From positions 62,682,001-62,746,000 of the forward strand of contig OZ024744.1 of assembly GCA_964016885.1 (NCBI GenBank): DNA of 64,000 bases. The letters run 5' to 3'. This DNA is from Eledone cirrhosa (taxonomy: Eukaryota). Within the stretch, counting starts at the first letter, position 1, and each line of letters starts with the position of its first letter. Below the pieces are notes generated by a model, which saw only the letters and a program-made list of their open reading frames with translations, was not told the DNA's origin and did not search any database. The position numbers and the translations under genes were made by a program. Shown here piece after piece: positions 1-14,022 of this stretch.

Positions 1-1285
1 AATATTGAAACTTACATACACAACAAACCAACAGATTCCAAACAATACCTGCTATTCACCACCAGCCATCCAAAGCACACGAAGACGAACATCCATTTTA
101 ACCTAGCAAGAAGAATTTGCACAATTGTCTCCAATTATGAAACGCGAAATAAAAGACTTTAAAAATTAAAGGAAATTCTACTCGAAAGACAGTACCCACC
201 ATTACTAATAAATAATTGTTTCTACTTTAGGCACAAGGCCAGCAATTATCCCAGTGCATTACTGGTACTTTATTTTATCGACCCCGTAAGGATGAAAGGC
301 AGAGTTAACATCGGCGGGATTTGAACTCAGATCATAAAGGGACGTAACTATGCTGGAAAATAGAAAGAGCTAAACAGAAACAAATTCAACGTACGTCCAA
401 TATTCTATCATATATCTCAATACACAACCCAAGAAATGTGGAAGCTTACAACACTATTCACAAGAACATCCCACTATTGAAATAAGACCCAAGAATGAAA
501 AAAGCCCTTGAAACACAAAATAATCAAAAGCAAAAGACAACCGAAATCACTAAAAACATTACTCACCCACAACCAACTGTCAAAAAATGTGGTCATTCTA
601 ATTGTGGAACCTGCACTCACCTCATTGAAAGCAACACGTATACATTTCAATCAGGACAAAATTTTGCTGTAAAAAATCACTTCACTTACTCATCAAAAAA
701 TCTACTTTATGCCATTAAATGTAAAGGATGCAATGAAGATTATATAGGACAAACTAAACTCACACTCAGAAACAGAATGACAGTTCATCGCCAACAATTA
801 TGAGATCCAACCACGAGACAGATACCACTAAGTGCACATCTAGACATATGCGCAAGTAATAAGACACCCAAATTCCAAGTCTTCCCATTTTATCTTTGCG
901 CTGACAATACAACAGAACAAATACAAATAAATAAGGAAAATATGTTTATTCAAAAATATATACCAACATTAAATATAGATTAATATACATTATGTTAACA
1001 CTATAACATGCTAACCATCCAAACAGACACATACACACACACACATAACACCTTCTACTTTAGAAAATAAAAACCAGAACTAAATAAACCTCAACATACG
1101 TTAATACTCTAACACCTTAACATGCTAACCACACACCCCACACACACATAACCCCCTCCCCCATTTCTACTAACGGAATCATTTTCCTACACACGCACAC
1201 ATAAAATATATATATTCTCTCCATCTTAACAGGCCAACCATACTCCCACACACACTTACACACACACACAAGCACACAAATAAAC
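1..1285 (+). mobile_element. Penelope-like element (PLE) fragment: RT thumb, GIY-YIG endonuclease and 3' UTR; disrupted
   Basis: Frame from 1 reads NKPTDSKQYLLFTTSHPKHTKTNIHFNLARRICTIVS (PLE thumb). ORF 495-803 has CxxxxCxxC then NLLYAIKCKGCNEDYIGQT..RNRMTVH and continues past TGA to KENMFIQKYIPTLNID* (983). Interrupted by a SINE at 213-355. Confidence 0.85.
213..355 (-). mobile_element. tRNA-derived SINE family 1, 5'-truncated copy
   Basis: Matches the repeated consensus ...GAGTTCAAATCCCGCCGAGGTTAACTTTGCCTTTCATCCTTACGGGGTCGATAAAATAAAGTACCAG...GTAGAAACAATTATT. Confidence 0.85.
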
Positions 1286-1286
1286 A

Positions 1287-1653
1287 TACGTTGGATGTAC
1301 AATGTCAATGTGCATCAACGACCAAGCATAGACGAGTTGAGAAAGAAACTGAGTATAAGAGTGATAAGCTGTAGTGTGCAGGAGAGAAGGCTGAGATGGA
1401 TGGTATGGAGATGTGATGCGCATGGAGGATGACCGATTGGTGAAGAAGTGCCAGGAAGCACCAGTGGAGGGAAGACGCAGTAGAGGTAGACCATGATAAA
1501 CATGGGCGGAGGTGGTGAGAGCAGACCTCAGATCTCTGAAGCTCACGGTGGAGATGACGAAGGACCGTGACGGGTGGAGAGATGCTGTGCTGAATAGGAC
1601 CCGTCCAACCCATGCAAGCAAGGAAAAGCGGACGTTAAATGATGATGATGATG

Positions 1654-1655
<2 letters not shown>
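1287..1655 (+). mobile_element. RTE-clade LINE 3' fragment (short-3'UTR subfamily)
   Basis: Translates [27 protein letters not shown], homologous to the end of ORF 7997-9331; ends CCCATGCAAGC..GGACGTTAAA(TGA)n. Confidence 0.8.
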
Positions 1656-1702
<47 letters not shown>

Positions 1703-1732
1703 CATATATATATGTATATATATATATATACA

Positions 1733-1878
<146 letters not shown>

Positions 1879-1898
1879 AATCAAAAATGGCGAGCTGT

Positions 1899-2882
1899 CA
1901 AGATGATACAATGTGAGTTTTTTCATAATAATAATGATCTTTTGCCGCATAGAGTTGGGGCCCTTTACGTTCTAAGTTCAAATCCTGCCAAGGTTAGCTT
2001 TGCCTTTCATCCTTACGGGGTCGATAAAATAAAGCACCAGTAATGTATTGGGGTAATTGATGGGCTTGTGCCAAAAGTAGAAACAATTATTTGTCACAAG
2101 TGCATCAAATGAAGGAGACATTACAAAGATAAGTTAAAACATGAAGGTGAGGGCTTATATTAAAATTATGATAAAATGGGTCAGAAGTATACATAGTATA
2201 CAAATTTTCTGCAGTGGAAGCCCCTCACTTTCCACCCTCACTTACCTTTCCAGGTGAAACTAAAAAAGTTAGTGAGAGCTGACCGAAGAGGTATGTGTCT
2301 GTCTTCAGTCTTTTCAGCCATGTCCACTACACAACCTCTTTTGCCATAACCACCAGACATGAGAAAACTGCTCGCCCTTCTCTGTTAAAAGAGAGCACTG
2401 GAGGCAATCCTCATGATGTACTCAGATAGGTCCTGCACAGAAACACATACACATAGATAAGCATTTAACCCTTTAGTGCCAAAACCGGCCAGAATTCTTT
2501 ACCTCTTTCTGTTGAAACTGGCTGTAACTGGTTGCTCAAACTGATGTTGAGGTATTGTTCTCAAAATAAATACTTTCAAAATCTCATAGATTCGATATTA
2601 TGTGAGATAATTATGTGAGATAAAGTGTTTACCATGAAAATATAATAGTATATATATAGTAATGTGAATGTTATGTGAGGTAAAGCCTTTACCATGAAAA
2701 TATAGTAGTATATATAGAGTAATGTGAATGTTATGTGAGGTAAAGCCTTTACCATGAAAATATAATAGTATATATAGAGTAATGTGAATGTTATGTGAGG
2801 TAAAGCCTTTACCATGAACATATAATAGTATATATAGAGTAATGTGAATGTTATGTGAGGTAAAGCCTTTACCATGAAAATA
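1899..2882. repeat. Left arm of a ~1 kb inverted duplication (partner ~18415-19397)
   Basis: Near-identical reverse complement, including a SINE, a decayed Tx1-like fragment (2225-2380) and 60-bp repeats. Confidence 0.9.
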
Positions 2883-3038
2883 TAATTGTTTCTACTTTAG
2901 GTACAAGGCCAGCAATTACCAACTACATTACTGGTACTTTATTTTATCGACCTCGTAAGGATGAAAGGCAAAGTAAACCTCGGCGTATATATATAGAAAT
3001 GTGAATGTTATGTGAGGTAAAGCCTTTACCATGAAAAA
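2620..3038 (-). repeat. 60-bp minisatellite (about 5 units, interrupted by a SINE at 2882-2985)
   Basis: Unit GTAATGTGAATGTTATGTGAGGTAAAGCCTTTACCATGAAAATAT...; reverse complement of the 17840-18680 array. Confidence 0.9.
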
Positions 3039-3096
3039 ATAAATACCCTTGTTTATTTTGCCAACCATGTTATTCTTAACTTTTATATATATATAT

Positions 3097-4386
3097 ATGG
3101 AAGCATGGCCTAGAATCAAACATGGAAGCATGGCCTAGAATCAAAAGGCCTTAAAGTTAACTTGTCTAAGACTAAAGTTCTAGTTTGTAGGAAGGAAAAT
3201 AGGGCACCGGTCCCATCTGGGAAATGGCCATGCTCAGTGTGTAGGAAAGTAGTAGGTAGAAACTCCATTTTATGTCCCAAATGCAAAGTATGGGTACATA
3301 AAAGATGTAGTGGGATCACAGGTAAGCTAACTAAGAATATAGATTTTATATGTGGCCGGTGCTCTGGTGCAATAAGTAGCAGCAAGGGCCCAAAGAATAC
3401 TAGCTCATTCCATTGCACAGATGGTTCTATAGAAATAGTGGACAGCTTCCGTTATCTGGGTGATAAAATCAGCAGTGGGGGAGGGTGCTCTGAAAGTACA
3501 GTAGCTAGAGTCAGAACGGAATGGAAAAAGTTCAGAGAGCTTATACCACTATTGGCCGCTAAAGAGTTCTCTCTAAAAATGAAAGGCAGGCTGTATGATG
3601 CCTGCATACGAACAGCAATGTTACATGGCAGTGAGACCTGGGCATTGTGTGCAGAGGATATACGCAGACTGGAGAGAAACGAAGCTTGCATGTTCCGCTG
3701 GATGTGTAATAGTAATATACGTGAACGGCAAAGCATAAACGAACTAAGAGAGAAATTAGAAATAAGAGGGATCAGATGTTGTTTACTAGAGAGAAGGCTA
3801 CGTTGGTATGGTCACGTGATGCGCATGAAAGATGACAGCTGTATAAAAAAGTGCAGGGCAATAAAAATAGACGGTAGCCACGGAGTAGGCAGACCCAGAA
3901 AAACCTGGGACAACTTGATAAATTCCGACCTCACACACTTACACCTCTTCGAGACCTTTGGCGGTACACAGTAATAGAGAAGACCCGCCTTACCTAAGTG
4001 CAAAGTGAAACCTACTACTACAGTCAGTAGGCACCTCTAACAAAATACAACTCCGTTCCACTACCCCCACCACATCCACACCACCCCTTTCAATGTAAAG
4101 TTATGTTGGTACCACAACATCCAGCCCGAAACAAACGAGGTCGTGTAGGTGTCAAGACAAAAAAAACACACAATCCACGCTGTAATGTGGCCATGTAGGT
4201 AACACGGTAAAAACCTCCCAGTTCCACACTGTAAATGTGGTTGGTGTTAGGAAGGGCATCCAGCCGTAGAAAACCCGCCAGACAGTCCTATGCGAACAAG
4301 ACAACCACTCTTGCCTCAAGTGGGAAAACACCCGTCCAAACCCATGCGAGCGTGGAATATGGACGTTAAACGATGATGATGATGAT
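3097..4386 (+). mobile_element. RTE-clade LINE, 5'-truncated copy
   Basis: ORF 3162-3974 is highly similar to the C-terminal part of 7997-9331; same 3' UTR and (GAT)n tail; 24-bp tandem duplication at the 5' junction; flanked by (TA)n. Confidence 0.92.
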
Positions 4387-4397
4387 ATATATACTTC

Positions 4398-4507
<110 letters not shown>

Positions 4508-4612
4508 ATGTATATATATATATATAGTAATAATAATAAATTTGAAGACTAAAATCCAAAGAGGGCTCGATAAAGATAAATATATGTCAAATATATAAGA
4601 ACCGTAGAGCAA

Positions 4613-5336
<724 letters not shown>

Positions 5337-5375
5337 ATATATATGTTTATATATATATACATATATATATATATT

Positions 5376-5982
5376 GGTCAGGTCACCAGTTGGTGCTACT
5401 GGTAACATGTATCCCAGTACAACCTGTCCCATGGTCGGGTCGTTGGCGACTAAACTGGCAACCCCGCCAAGGTTTCTTGGTGAGGAGGGTGACTTTGGAC
5501 ATCCTGCAGGACTAAAAACAAAACCTGTCAAAGGGCAAAGGAACTCTTAAGAGTCAATGGCCATCCAAAATCACCGGGAGAGATGACCCCTTAGCCTTTG
5601 TCAAGGCAGAATTCTAGGAGAAGGAAAACTCTGATATAACACCTGCAACCCTGATGGTATCCAATGATGTTGACTTGTTCTTCTTTTTGGTAAATATCAT
5701 CTTGGTTAAGAGAGTGGGACTGGCTTTGTGCAGTGCCTTTGCTCACTATAAAAGCTTCACGGCACAGGCATTGCTTTATATCTGGAGATCTCTCTGCACT
5801 TGTCATCACAGGGTACCATGGGCCCAGCACTATGTGTCAGTAATTGTCACAAGTGTAGTGTTTGTACCAAAGTTTTCAAGTCGCTGGCTGGACTAAAAAG
5901 TCACACTCGTTCAGCGCATCAGTAGGGGTTCTCCTACATGGATATAAAGTAGTGGCCGTACTCGAAAACGAGTTGGCAGCCA

Positions 5983-5985
<3 letters not shown>
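5376..5985. mobile_element. Probable RTE 5'-region remnants
   Basis: Contains CTAGGAGAAGGAAAACTCTGA, which from memory resembles RTE 5' UTRs; flanked by (TA)n; no clear ORF. Confidence 0.3.
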
Positions 5986-6075
<90 letters not shown>

Positions 6076-6187
6076 TAAAAGGAATTCCAACTTTGTCTGA
6101 TTTACTCGTTTTATTTACAATCCTTTAAAATTTATAATGGTATTAGAATGAAATAGTATGGTAGAATATTAAATGTTAAGTGTTAAT

Positions 6188-6226
6188 TGAACAAGTACTT
6201 TCATGCTTTCGCAATCTTCAGGTTCA
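6188..6226 (-). ncRNA. Type I hammerhead ribozyme motif (mirror of 6306-6344)
   Basis: Exact reverse complement of the 6306-6344 motif. Confidence 0.7.
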
Positions 6227-6305
6227 TATTGTGTGGTGACAGTCAAGCTTGCCATTTTCAACAATGACAGTTGAAAATTGCAAACTTGACTGTCACCACA
6301 CAATA

Positions 6306-6344
6306 TGAACCTGAAGATTGCGAAAGCATGAAAGTACTTGTTCA
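6306..6344 (+). ncRNA. Type I minimal hammerhead ribozyme motif
   Basis: UGAAC-CUGAAGA-U-UGC-GAAA-GCA-U-GAAA-GUAC-UU-GUUCA: 5-bp stem I, conserved core, palindromic stem III AAGUACUU. Confidence 0.7.
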
Positions 6345-6496
6345 ATTAACACTTAACATTTAATATTCTACCATACTATTTCATTCTAATACCATTATAA
6401 ATTTTAAAGGATTGTAAATAAAACGAGTAAATCAGACAAAGTTGGAATTCCTTTTATTAATATAATCTTCTATACACAATCATACACACCCGTGTA

Positions 6497-6581
<85 letters not shown>

Positions 6582-6668
6582 GGATATATATATATATATA
6601 TATACTGATATATATATATATAATCCGGACTGCCCCGCGCTATAAAAGACAGATTCTACGAGACACTG

Positions 6669-7958
6669 ATGCTCGCTACCTCCCAAATAACCGACAGTGA
6701 CTATATAGTTATTGCAGGCGACCTAAATGGTCACGTTGGACAACATTGTGACGGCTATGACGGAATCCATGGAGGCTATGGGTTCGGTACTAGAAATGAG
6801 GAAGGCTCCAGAATCCTGGAATTCTGCGACGCAAATAACTTAACTATCTGTAACACTAACTTCAAAAAACGAGACAATCACTTGATCACCTATAGATCGG
6901 GGGAACACACAAGCCAGGTAGATTATATCCTTACCAGAAGACGTGACAGAGTGTCTGTTGTTAACACTAAATCCCACCCCCATGAAGAATTCACCTCCCA
7001 ACATAGACTGATAATTAGCGACCTCATAGTCAGGACGAGACGTACTAGACAGCGGAAGAGGACTATCCTCAGGAGAAAAATATGGAAGCTAAAGGACCCC
7101 ATAGCCAGAAATAAATTTCAAAGCATATTACTTGACGCTTTCGACAGTAAGGAAGAGCAATTAGAGTCGTATAATATAGAGGAACAGTGGGAATTCCTGA
7201 GAGCAAACCTGCTGACGGCGGCAGACGAAGTCTGTGGCTGGAGCAGGCCTGTAGGTAGGAGGAGAGTAACATGGTGGTGGAACAGTAAGGTGGAGGAGTC
7301 AATTAAGGCCAAAAAGCAGGCTTGGAAAGTATGGCGGGATGGGGGAAGTAGAGAAGACTATCAAGTGGCCAGGAGGGAAGCTAGGAGACAAGTGTACTTC
7401 GCAAGAAGGGAAGCAGAGGAAAGAAAGTTCAAGCATGTTCTACAACGTGAGGACCAAAAACGTGAGGTGTTCAGGATTGCCAGGCAATGTGTCAAGGAAA
7501 ACCGTGATATTGTCGGGGAGAAGTGTGTACTTAACGATGATGGCATACTTGCCATCACCGACGCTGATAAGAAGGTAGCTTGGAAGTGTCACTACGAAAG
7601 GCTTCTAAATGAGGAGAACAAATGGGAGAAAGACAGTCTCCCCCAGATCGATCCAATAGAGGGACCAGCAGTGTTAGTTGAAGGTAGTATAATAAGTAAG
7701 GCAATCAAAGATATGAAGACGGGTAAGGCGGCTGGGCCTTCGGAAATAGTTGCTGAGATGCTGAAGGCATCTGGTTCGGTGGGACACACCATGGTCACCC
7801 GGATAGTTAACCAAGTCGTACAGAATGGGGTTGTTCCGAAGGAATGGCGTAGCAGCATCATCGTTAACTGCTATAAGGGAAAAGGAGATGCCCTAGATAG
7901 GAGTAACTATAGAGGCATTAAATTAATCGACCAGGTCATGAAGGCACGGAAAAAGTAA
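6669..7958 (+). pseudogene. RTE ORF, N-terminal part (APE to start of RT)
   Basis: 429-aa ORF. An apparent 1-nt deletion near 7945 (MK..EKVIAQLIRER continues in another frame) separates it from the next ORF. Confidence 0.9.
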
Positions 7959-7996
7959 TAGCGCAACTAATCAGAGAGAGAATTGATCTAGATGAA

Positions 7997-9331
7997 ATGC
8001 AGTTCGGGTTTGTGTCAGGCAAAAGTACCACAGACGCTCTTTTCATTGTACGACAACTACAGGAGAAGTACCTAGCTAAAAGTAAACCCCTATACTTAGC
8101 TTTTGTCGACTTGGAGAAAGCCTTCGACAGAGTCCCCCGTTCCATTATCTGGTGGTCTCTTAGAAAACTAGGTGTTGACGAATGGCTTGTGAGAGCTATA
8201 CAAGCCATGTATAAAGAAACAGTCAGTAAGGTTAGAATTAACAACGAATATAGTGAAGAGTTTAGCGTAAAAGTTGGTGTCCATCAGGGCTCTGTACTTA
8301 GCCCCCTACTATTTATTATTGCCCTTCAGGCTATAACAGAGGAGTTCAAGACCGGCTGCCCATGGGAACTCCTATACGCAGATGATCTAACGCTCATAGC
8401 TGAATCAATGACCGAACTAGAGAAGAAATTCCAAACGTGGAAGCACGGCCTAGAATCAAAAGGCCTTAAAATTAACCTGGCTAAGACTAAAGTTCTAGTT
8501 TGTAGGAAAGAAAATAAGGCGGCGGTCCCATCGGGGAAATGGCCATGCTCAGTGTGTAGGAAAGGCGTAGGTAGAAACTCCATTTTATGTCCCAAATGCA
8601 AAGTATGGGTGCATAAAAGATGTAGTGGGATCACAGGTAAGCTAACTAAGAACATAGATTTTACATGTGGCCGGTGCTCTGGTGCAATAAGTAGCAGCAA
8701 GTGCCCACAAAATACTAGCTCCTTCAACTGCGCAGAGGGTTCTATAGAAATAGTGGACAGCTTCCGTTATCTGGGTGACAAAATCAGCAGTGGGGGAGGG
8801 TGCTCTGAAAGTACAGTAGCTAGAGTCAGAACTGGATGGAAAAAGTTCAGAGAGCTTATACCACTATTAGCCGCTAGAGGGTTCTCCCTAAAAATGAAAG
8901 GCAGGTTATACGATGCCTGCATACGAACAGCAATGCTGCATGGCAGTGAGACCTGGGCATTGTGTGCAGAGGATATACGCAGACTAGAGAGGAACGAAGC
9001 TTGCATGCTCCGCTGGATGTGCAATAGTAATATACGTGAACGGCAAAGCATAAACGAACTAAGAAAAAAATTAGAAATAAGAGGGATCAGATGTTGTTTA
9101 CTCGAGAGAAGGCTACGTTGGTACGGTCACGTGATGCGCATGAAAGACGACAGCTGTATAACAAAGTGCAGGGCAATAAAGATAGACGGTAGCCACGGAG
9201 TAGGCAGACCCAGAAAAACATGGGACGAGCTGATAAATTCCGACCTCACACGCTTACACCTCTCCAAGACAATGTCACTGGACCGAGACCTTTGGCGGTA
9301 CTCAGTAATAGAGAAGACCCGCCTTACCTAA
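7997..9331 (+). pseudogene. RTE ORF, C-terminal part (RT with PHD-like insertion)
   Basis: 444-aa ORF with QFGF, DLEKAFD, QGSVLSP, YADD, FRYLG, RLRWYGHV. Confidence 0.9.
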
Positions 9332-9861
9332 ATACAAAGTAAAAACCTACTACAGTCAGTAGGCATCTCTATCAAAACACACCCCCGTCCCACCACCTCC
9401 ACCCCACCCACACCGCCCCTTTCAATGTAAAGTTATGTTGGTCCCACAACATCCAGGCCGAAACAAATGAGATCGTGTAGGTGTCACGACAAAAAACACA
9501 CAGTCCACGCTGTAAATGTGGCCGTGTAGGCAACACGGTACAAACCTCCCAGCCCCACACTGTAAATGTGGTTGGTGTTAGGAAGGGCATCCAGCTGTAG
9601 AAAACCCGCCAGACAGTCCACGCTGTAATGTGGCCGTGTAGGCAACACGGTAAAAACCTCCCAGCCCCACACTGTAAATGTGGTTGGTGTTAGGAAGGGC
9701 ATCCAACTGTAGAAAACCCGCCAGACAGTCCTATGCGAGCAAGACAACCACTCTTGCCTCAAGTGGGAAAACCCCCGTCCAAACCCATGCAAGCGTGGAA
9801 CACGGACGCTAAACCTGATGATGATGATGATGATGATGATATGTGTGTGTATATATATACG

Positions 9862-10302
9862 TATAGACCCAAGATGACCTGGGATGAGGTAATAAAAGCT
9901 GACCTTACCCAATTACACCTCTCAAACGCGATGACACACGACCGTGACCTCTGGCATCACGCAGTAATACAGAGTACCCGACCTCCCATGGGTACAAGCT
10001 GAAGCATATAGACAATATGTCCCAATACCCCCCCCCACCGCAAGGTGGTCGTGGAGGTGCCACGGCAAAAAAGCACCCAGCCCACACTGTAAAGTGGACG
10101 TGTAGGCGCCACGAAAAAGCACCCAGCACTCACTGTAAATGAGGTTGGTGTTAGGAAGGGCATCCAGCTGTAGAAATCAAGCCAAATCAGTTCCTGTATG
10201 AGCAAGGCATGGTTAGTCGACCAGACACTGCCTACAACAGGACAACCCGTCTAACCCATGCTAGCGTGGAAGAACGGACGTAAAACGGTGATGATGATGA
10301 TG
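9862..10302 (+). mobile_element. RTE LINE 3' fragment, second subfamily
   Basis: RPKMTWDEVIKADL..DRDLW ORF end; UTR with GGTTGGTGTTAGGAAGGGCATCCAG; (GAT)n tail. Confidence 0.8.
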
Positions 10303-10388
10303 ATATATATATATATATATATACATATGTATATACATATATATATGTATATATATATATATATACGTATATATATATATATACGTAT

Positions 10389-11200
10389 CACTATTAGCCG
10401 CTAGAGGGTTCTCCCTAAAAATGAAAGGCAGGTTATACGATGCCTGCATACGAACAGCAATGCTGCATGGCAGTGAGACCTGGGCATTGTGTGCAGAGGA
10501 TATACGCAGACTAGAGAGGAACGAAGCTTGCATGCTCCGCTGGATGTGCAATAGTAATATACGTGAACGGCAAAGCATAAACGAACTAAGAAAAAAATTA
10601 GAAATAAGAGGGATCAGATGTTGTTTACTCGAGAGAAGACTACGTTGGTACGGTCACGTGATGCGCATGAAAGACGACAGCTGTATAACAAAGTGCAGGG
10701 CAATAAAGATAGACGGTAGCTACGGAGTAGGCAGACCCAGAAAAAACATGGGACGAGCTGATAAATTCCGACCTCACACGCTTACACCTCTCCAAGACAA
10801 TGTCACTGGACCAAGACCTTTGGCGGTACTCAGTAATAGAGAAGACCCGCCTTACCTAAATACAAAGTAAAAACCTACTACAGTCAGTAGGCATCTCTAT
10901 CAAAACACCCCCCCCGTCCCACCACCTCCACCCCATCCACACCACCCCTTTCAATGTAAAGTTATGTTGGTCCCACAACATCCAGGCTGAAAATACACAG
11001 TCCAGGCTGTAAATGTGGCCGTGTAGGCAACACGGTAAAAACCTCCCAGCCCCACACTGTAAATGTGGTTGGTGTTAGGAAGGGCATCCAACTGTAGAAA
11101 ACCCGCCAGACAGTCCTATGCGAGCAAGACAACCACTCTTGCCTCAAGTGGGAAAACCCCTGTCCAAACCCATGCAAGCGTGGAACACGGACGCTAAACC

Positions 11201-11234
<34 letters not shown>
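10389..11234 (+). mobile_element. RTE LINE, 5'-truncated copy nearly identical to 8866-9840
   Basis: Direct sequence match; extra A near 10741 causes a frameshift; (GAT)n tail; flanked by (TA)n. Confidence 0.92.
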
Positions 11235-11547
11235 ATGTATATATATATATACGTATATATATGTATATATATATACTTATATATATATACATATATATAT
11301 ATATATGTACATACATATATATATGTATATATATATGTGTGTATATATATATATATGTATATATATATATACATATATACATATATATGTATATCCATAT
11401 ATATATATATACATATGTGTATATATATATGTGTGTATGTAAATATATATATGTATATATACATATATATACATACATATATATATATAGACCATGTTAT
11501 TCTTCACTCTTTCACTTTATGTATATATATATATATATTTATATATA

Positions 11548-11802
11548 TGGATGCCCTTCCTAACACCAACCTCATTTACAGTGAGTGCTGAGTGCTTTTT
11601 TGCCGTGACACCTCCACGACCACTTTACAGTGGAATGATAGAGACCCCAGTCCCTATCATCTCACTTCTACAGCTGAGTAAACTGGAGCAATGTGAAATA
11701 AAGTGTCTTGCTCAAGGAAACAACACATCACCCGGTCTGAGATTTGAACTCACAACCTTTCAATTGCAAGGCCAATGCTCTAACCACTAATCCATGTGCC
11801 TC
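11548..11802 (-). mobile_element. tRNA-derived SINE family 2 (CORE-like body, RTE-like tail)
   Basis: Minus strand reads tRNA-like head (GTGGTTAGAGCA...GAGTTCAAATC), then CTTGAGCAAGACACT (CORE-like), then sequence shared with the RTE 3' UTR at 10040-10170. Confidence 0.7.
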
Positions 11803-12171
11803 CATTATATATGGAAAAAAAGAAAAAAATAATTATTCACAAGCTTGACAGGTGCGATTTGCCTGTGACCATTCTCAACACAAAAGCAATGCTAAAAGTT
11901 TTTTCCCCTGAATAAAGGAATTTTTCGAGAATGACCGGGGCAGGCCGCACTTGCTAAGTTTCTCCCCACCCAACCCTACTCACCATCTCAACTCATTACT
12001 GCTATGAACACTTTTTCAACACACCTACACCCATGCACTTATTAAAGGGGGAGAAAAGAAACCCCCACCACACCACAGACATGTTAAATCCCTATATATA
12101 GAACAACACACCACATACACATCAGTTTGACAAGCGCACCTCAGCGTGAAAGGTCTTTCTAAAAACGAAAC

Positions 12172-13827
12172 AATACCTCCTACGTTAACCAACAACTCCT
12201 AACACCTACTACGTTAACCAACAACTCCTAAGACCTACTACGTTAACCAACAACTCCTAACACCTACTACGTTAACCAACAACTCCTAACACCTACTACG
12301 TTAACCAACAACTCCTAAGACCTACTACGTTAACCAACAACTCCTAATACCTACTACGTTAACCAACAACTCCTAAGACCTACTACGTTAACCAACAACT
12401 CCTAACACCTACTACGTTAACCAACAACTCCTAACACCTACTACGTTAACCAACAACTCCTAACACCTACTACGTTAACCAACAACTCCTAACACCTACT
12501 ACGTTAACCAACAACTCCTAAGACCTACTACGTTAACCAACAACTCCTAATACCTACTACGTTAACCAACAACTCCTAAGACCTACTACGTTAACCAACA
12601 ACTCCTAACACCTACTACGTTAACCAACAACTCCTAACACCTACTACGTTAACCAACAACTCCTAACACCTACTACGTTAACCAACAACTCCTAACACCT
12701 ACTACGTTAACCAACAACTCCTAACACCTACTACGTTAACCAACAACTCCTAACACCTACTACGTTAACCAACAACTCCTAACACCTACTACGTTAACCA
12801 ACAACTCCTAACACCTACTACGTTAACCAACAACTCCTAACACCTACTACGTTAACCAACAACTCCTAACACCTACTACGTTAACCAACAACTCCTAATA
12901 CCTCCTACGTTAACCAACAACTCCTAAGACCTCCTACGTTAACCAACAACTCCTAACACCTACTACGTTAACCAACAACTCCTAAGACCTACTACGTTAA
13001 CCAACAACTCCTAACACCTACTACGTTAACCAACAACTCCTAACACCTACTACGTTAACCAACAACTCCTAACACCTACTACGTTAACCAACAACTCCTA
13101 AGACCTACTACGTTAACCAACAACTCCTAATACCTCCTACGTTAACCAACAACTCCTAAGACCTACTACGTTAACCAACAACTCCTAAGACCTACTACGT
13201 TAACCAACAACTCCTAACACCTACTACGTTAACCAACAACTCCTAACACCTACTACGTTAACCAACAACTCCTAACACCTACTACGTTAACCAACAACTC
13301 CTAACACCTACTACGTTAACCAACAACTCCTAACACCTACTACGTTAACCAACAACTCCTAATACCTCCTACGTTAACCAACAACTCCTAAGACCTCCTA
13401 CGTTAACCAACAACTCCTAACACCTACTACGTTAACCAACAACTCCTAAGACCTACTACGTTAACCAACAACTCCTAACACCTACTACGTTAACCAACAA
13501 CTCCTAACACCTCCTACGTTAACCAACAACTCCTAATACCTCCTACGTTAATCAACAACTCCTAAGACCTCCTACGTTAACCAACAACTCCTAACACCTA
13601 CTACGTTAACCAACAACTCCTAAGACCTACTACGTTAACCAACAACTCCTAATACCTCCTACGTTAACCAACAACTCCTAACACCTACTACGTTAACCAA
13701 CAACTCCTAACACCTACTACGTTAACCAACAACTCCTAACACCTACTACGTTAACCAACAACTCCTAACACCTACTACGTTAACCAACAACTCCTAACAC
13801 CTACTACGTTAACCAACAACTCCTAAC
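12172..13827. repeat. 29-bp minisatellite, about 57 units
   Basis: Unit CCTACTACGTTAACCAACAACTCCTAACA, with variants AAC/AAG/AAT and CCTACT/CCTCCT. Confidence 0.97.
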
Positions 13828-13989
13828 CAACAACCAACAACCAACAACTTCATTTATAAAATAATTTTTTTTAAGAAAAATTCTTTTTGGATTTTGTGAA
13901 GAAAATAAATTTGTTGAAAGCACAAGTGAAGCCATTTTTTCTTCCCCCTGTTTTAATATACCTAACTGTACCAAGCATTACACACATTT

Positions 13990-14022
<33 letters not shown>

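Larger units (their letters stand above)
6068..6463. repeat. Near-perfect ~400-bp palindrome (foldback element)
   Basis: Arms ~6068-6262 and 6270-6463 are reverse complements with very few mismatches; 7-nt loop; flanked by (TA)n. Confidence 0.95.
6622..9840 (+). mobile_element. RTE-clade LINE, 5'-truncated within the APE domain, one frameshift
   Basis: APE motifs [33 protein letters not shown] motifs GKAAGPS, NYRGIKL, FVDLEKAFD, GVHQGSVLSP, YADD. 3' UTR has a ~110-bp internal duplication and a (GAT)n tail. Confidence 0.95.

Noticed and set aside
12172-13827. CRISPR-like array (29-bp unit)
   Set aside because: Units are contiguous with no unique spacers, there are no cas genes, and the context is eukaryotic.
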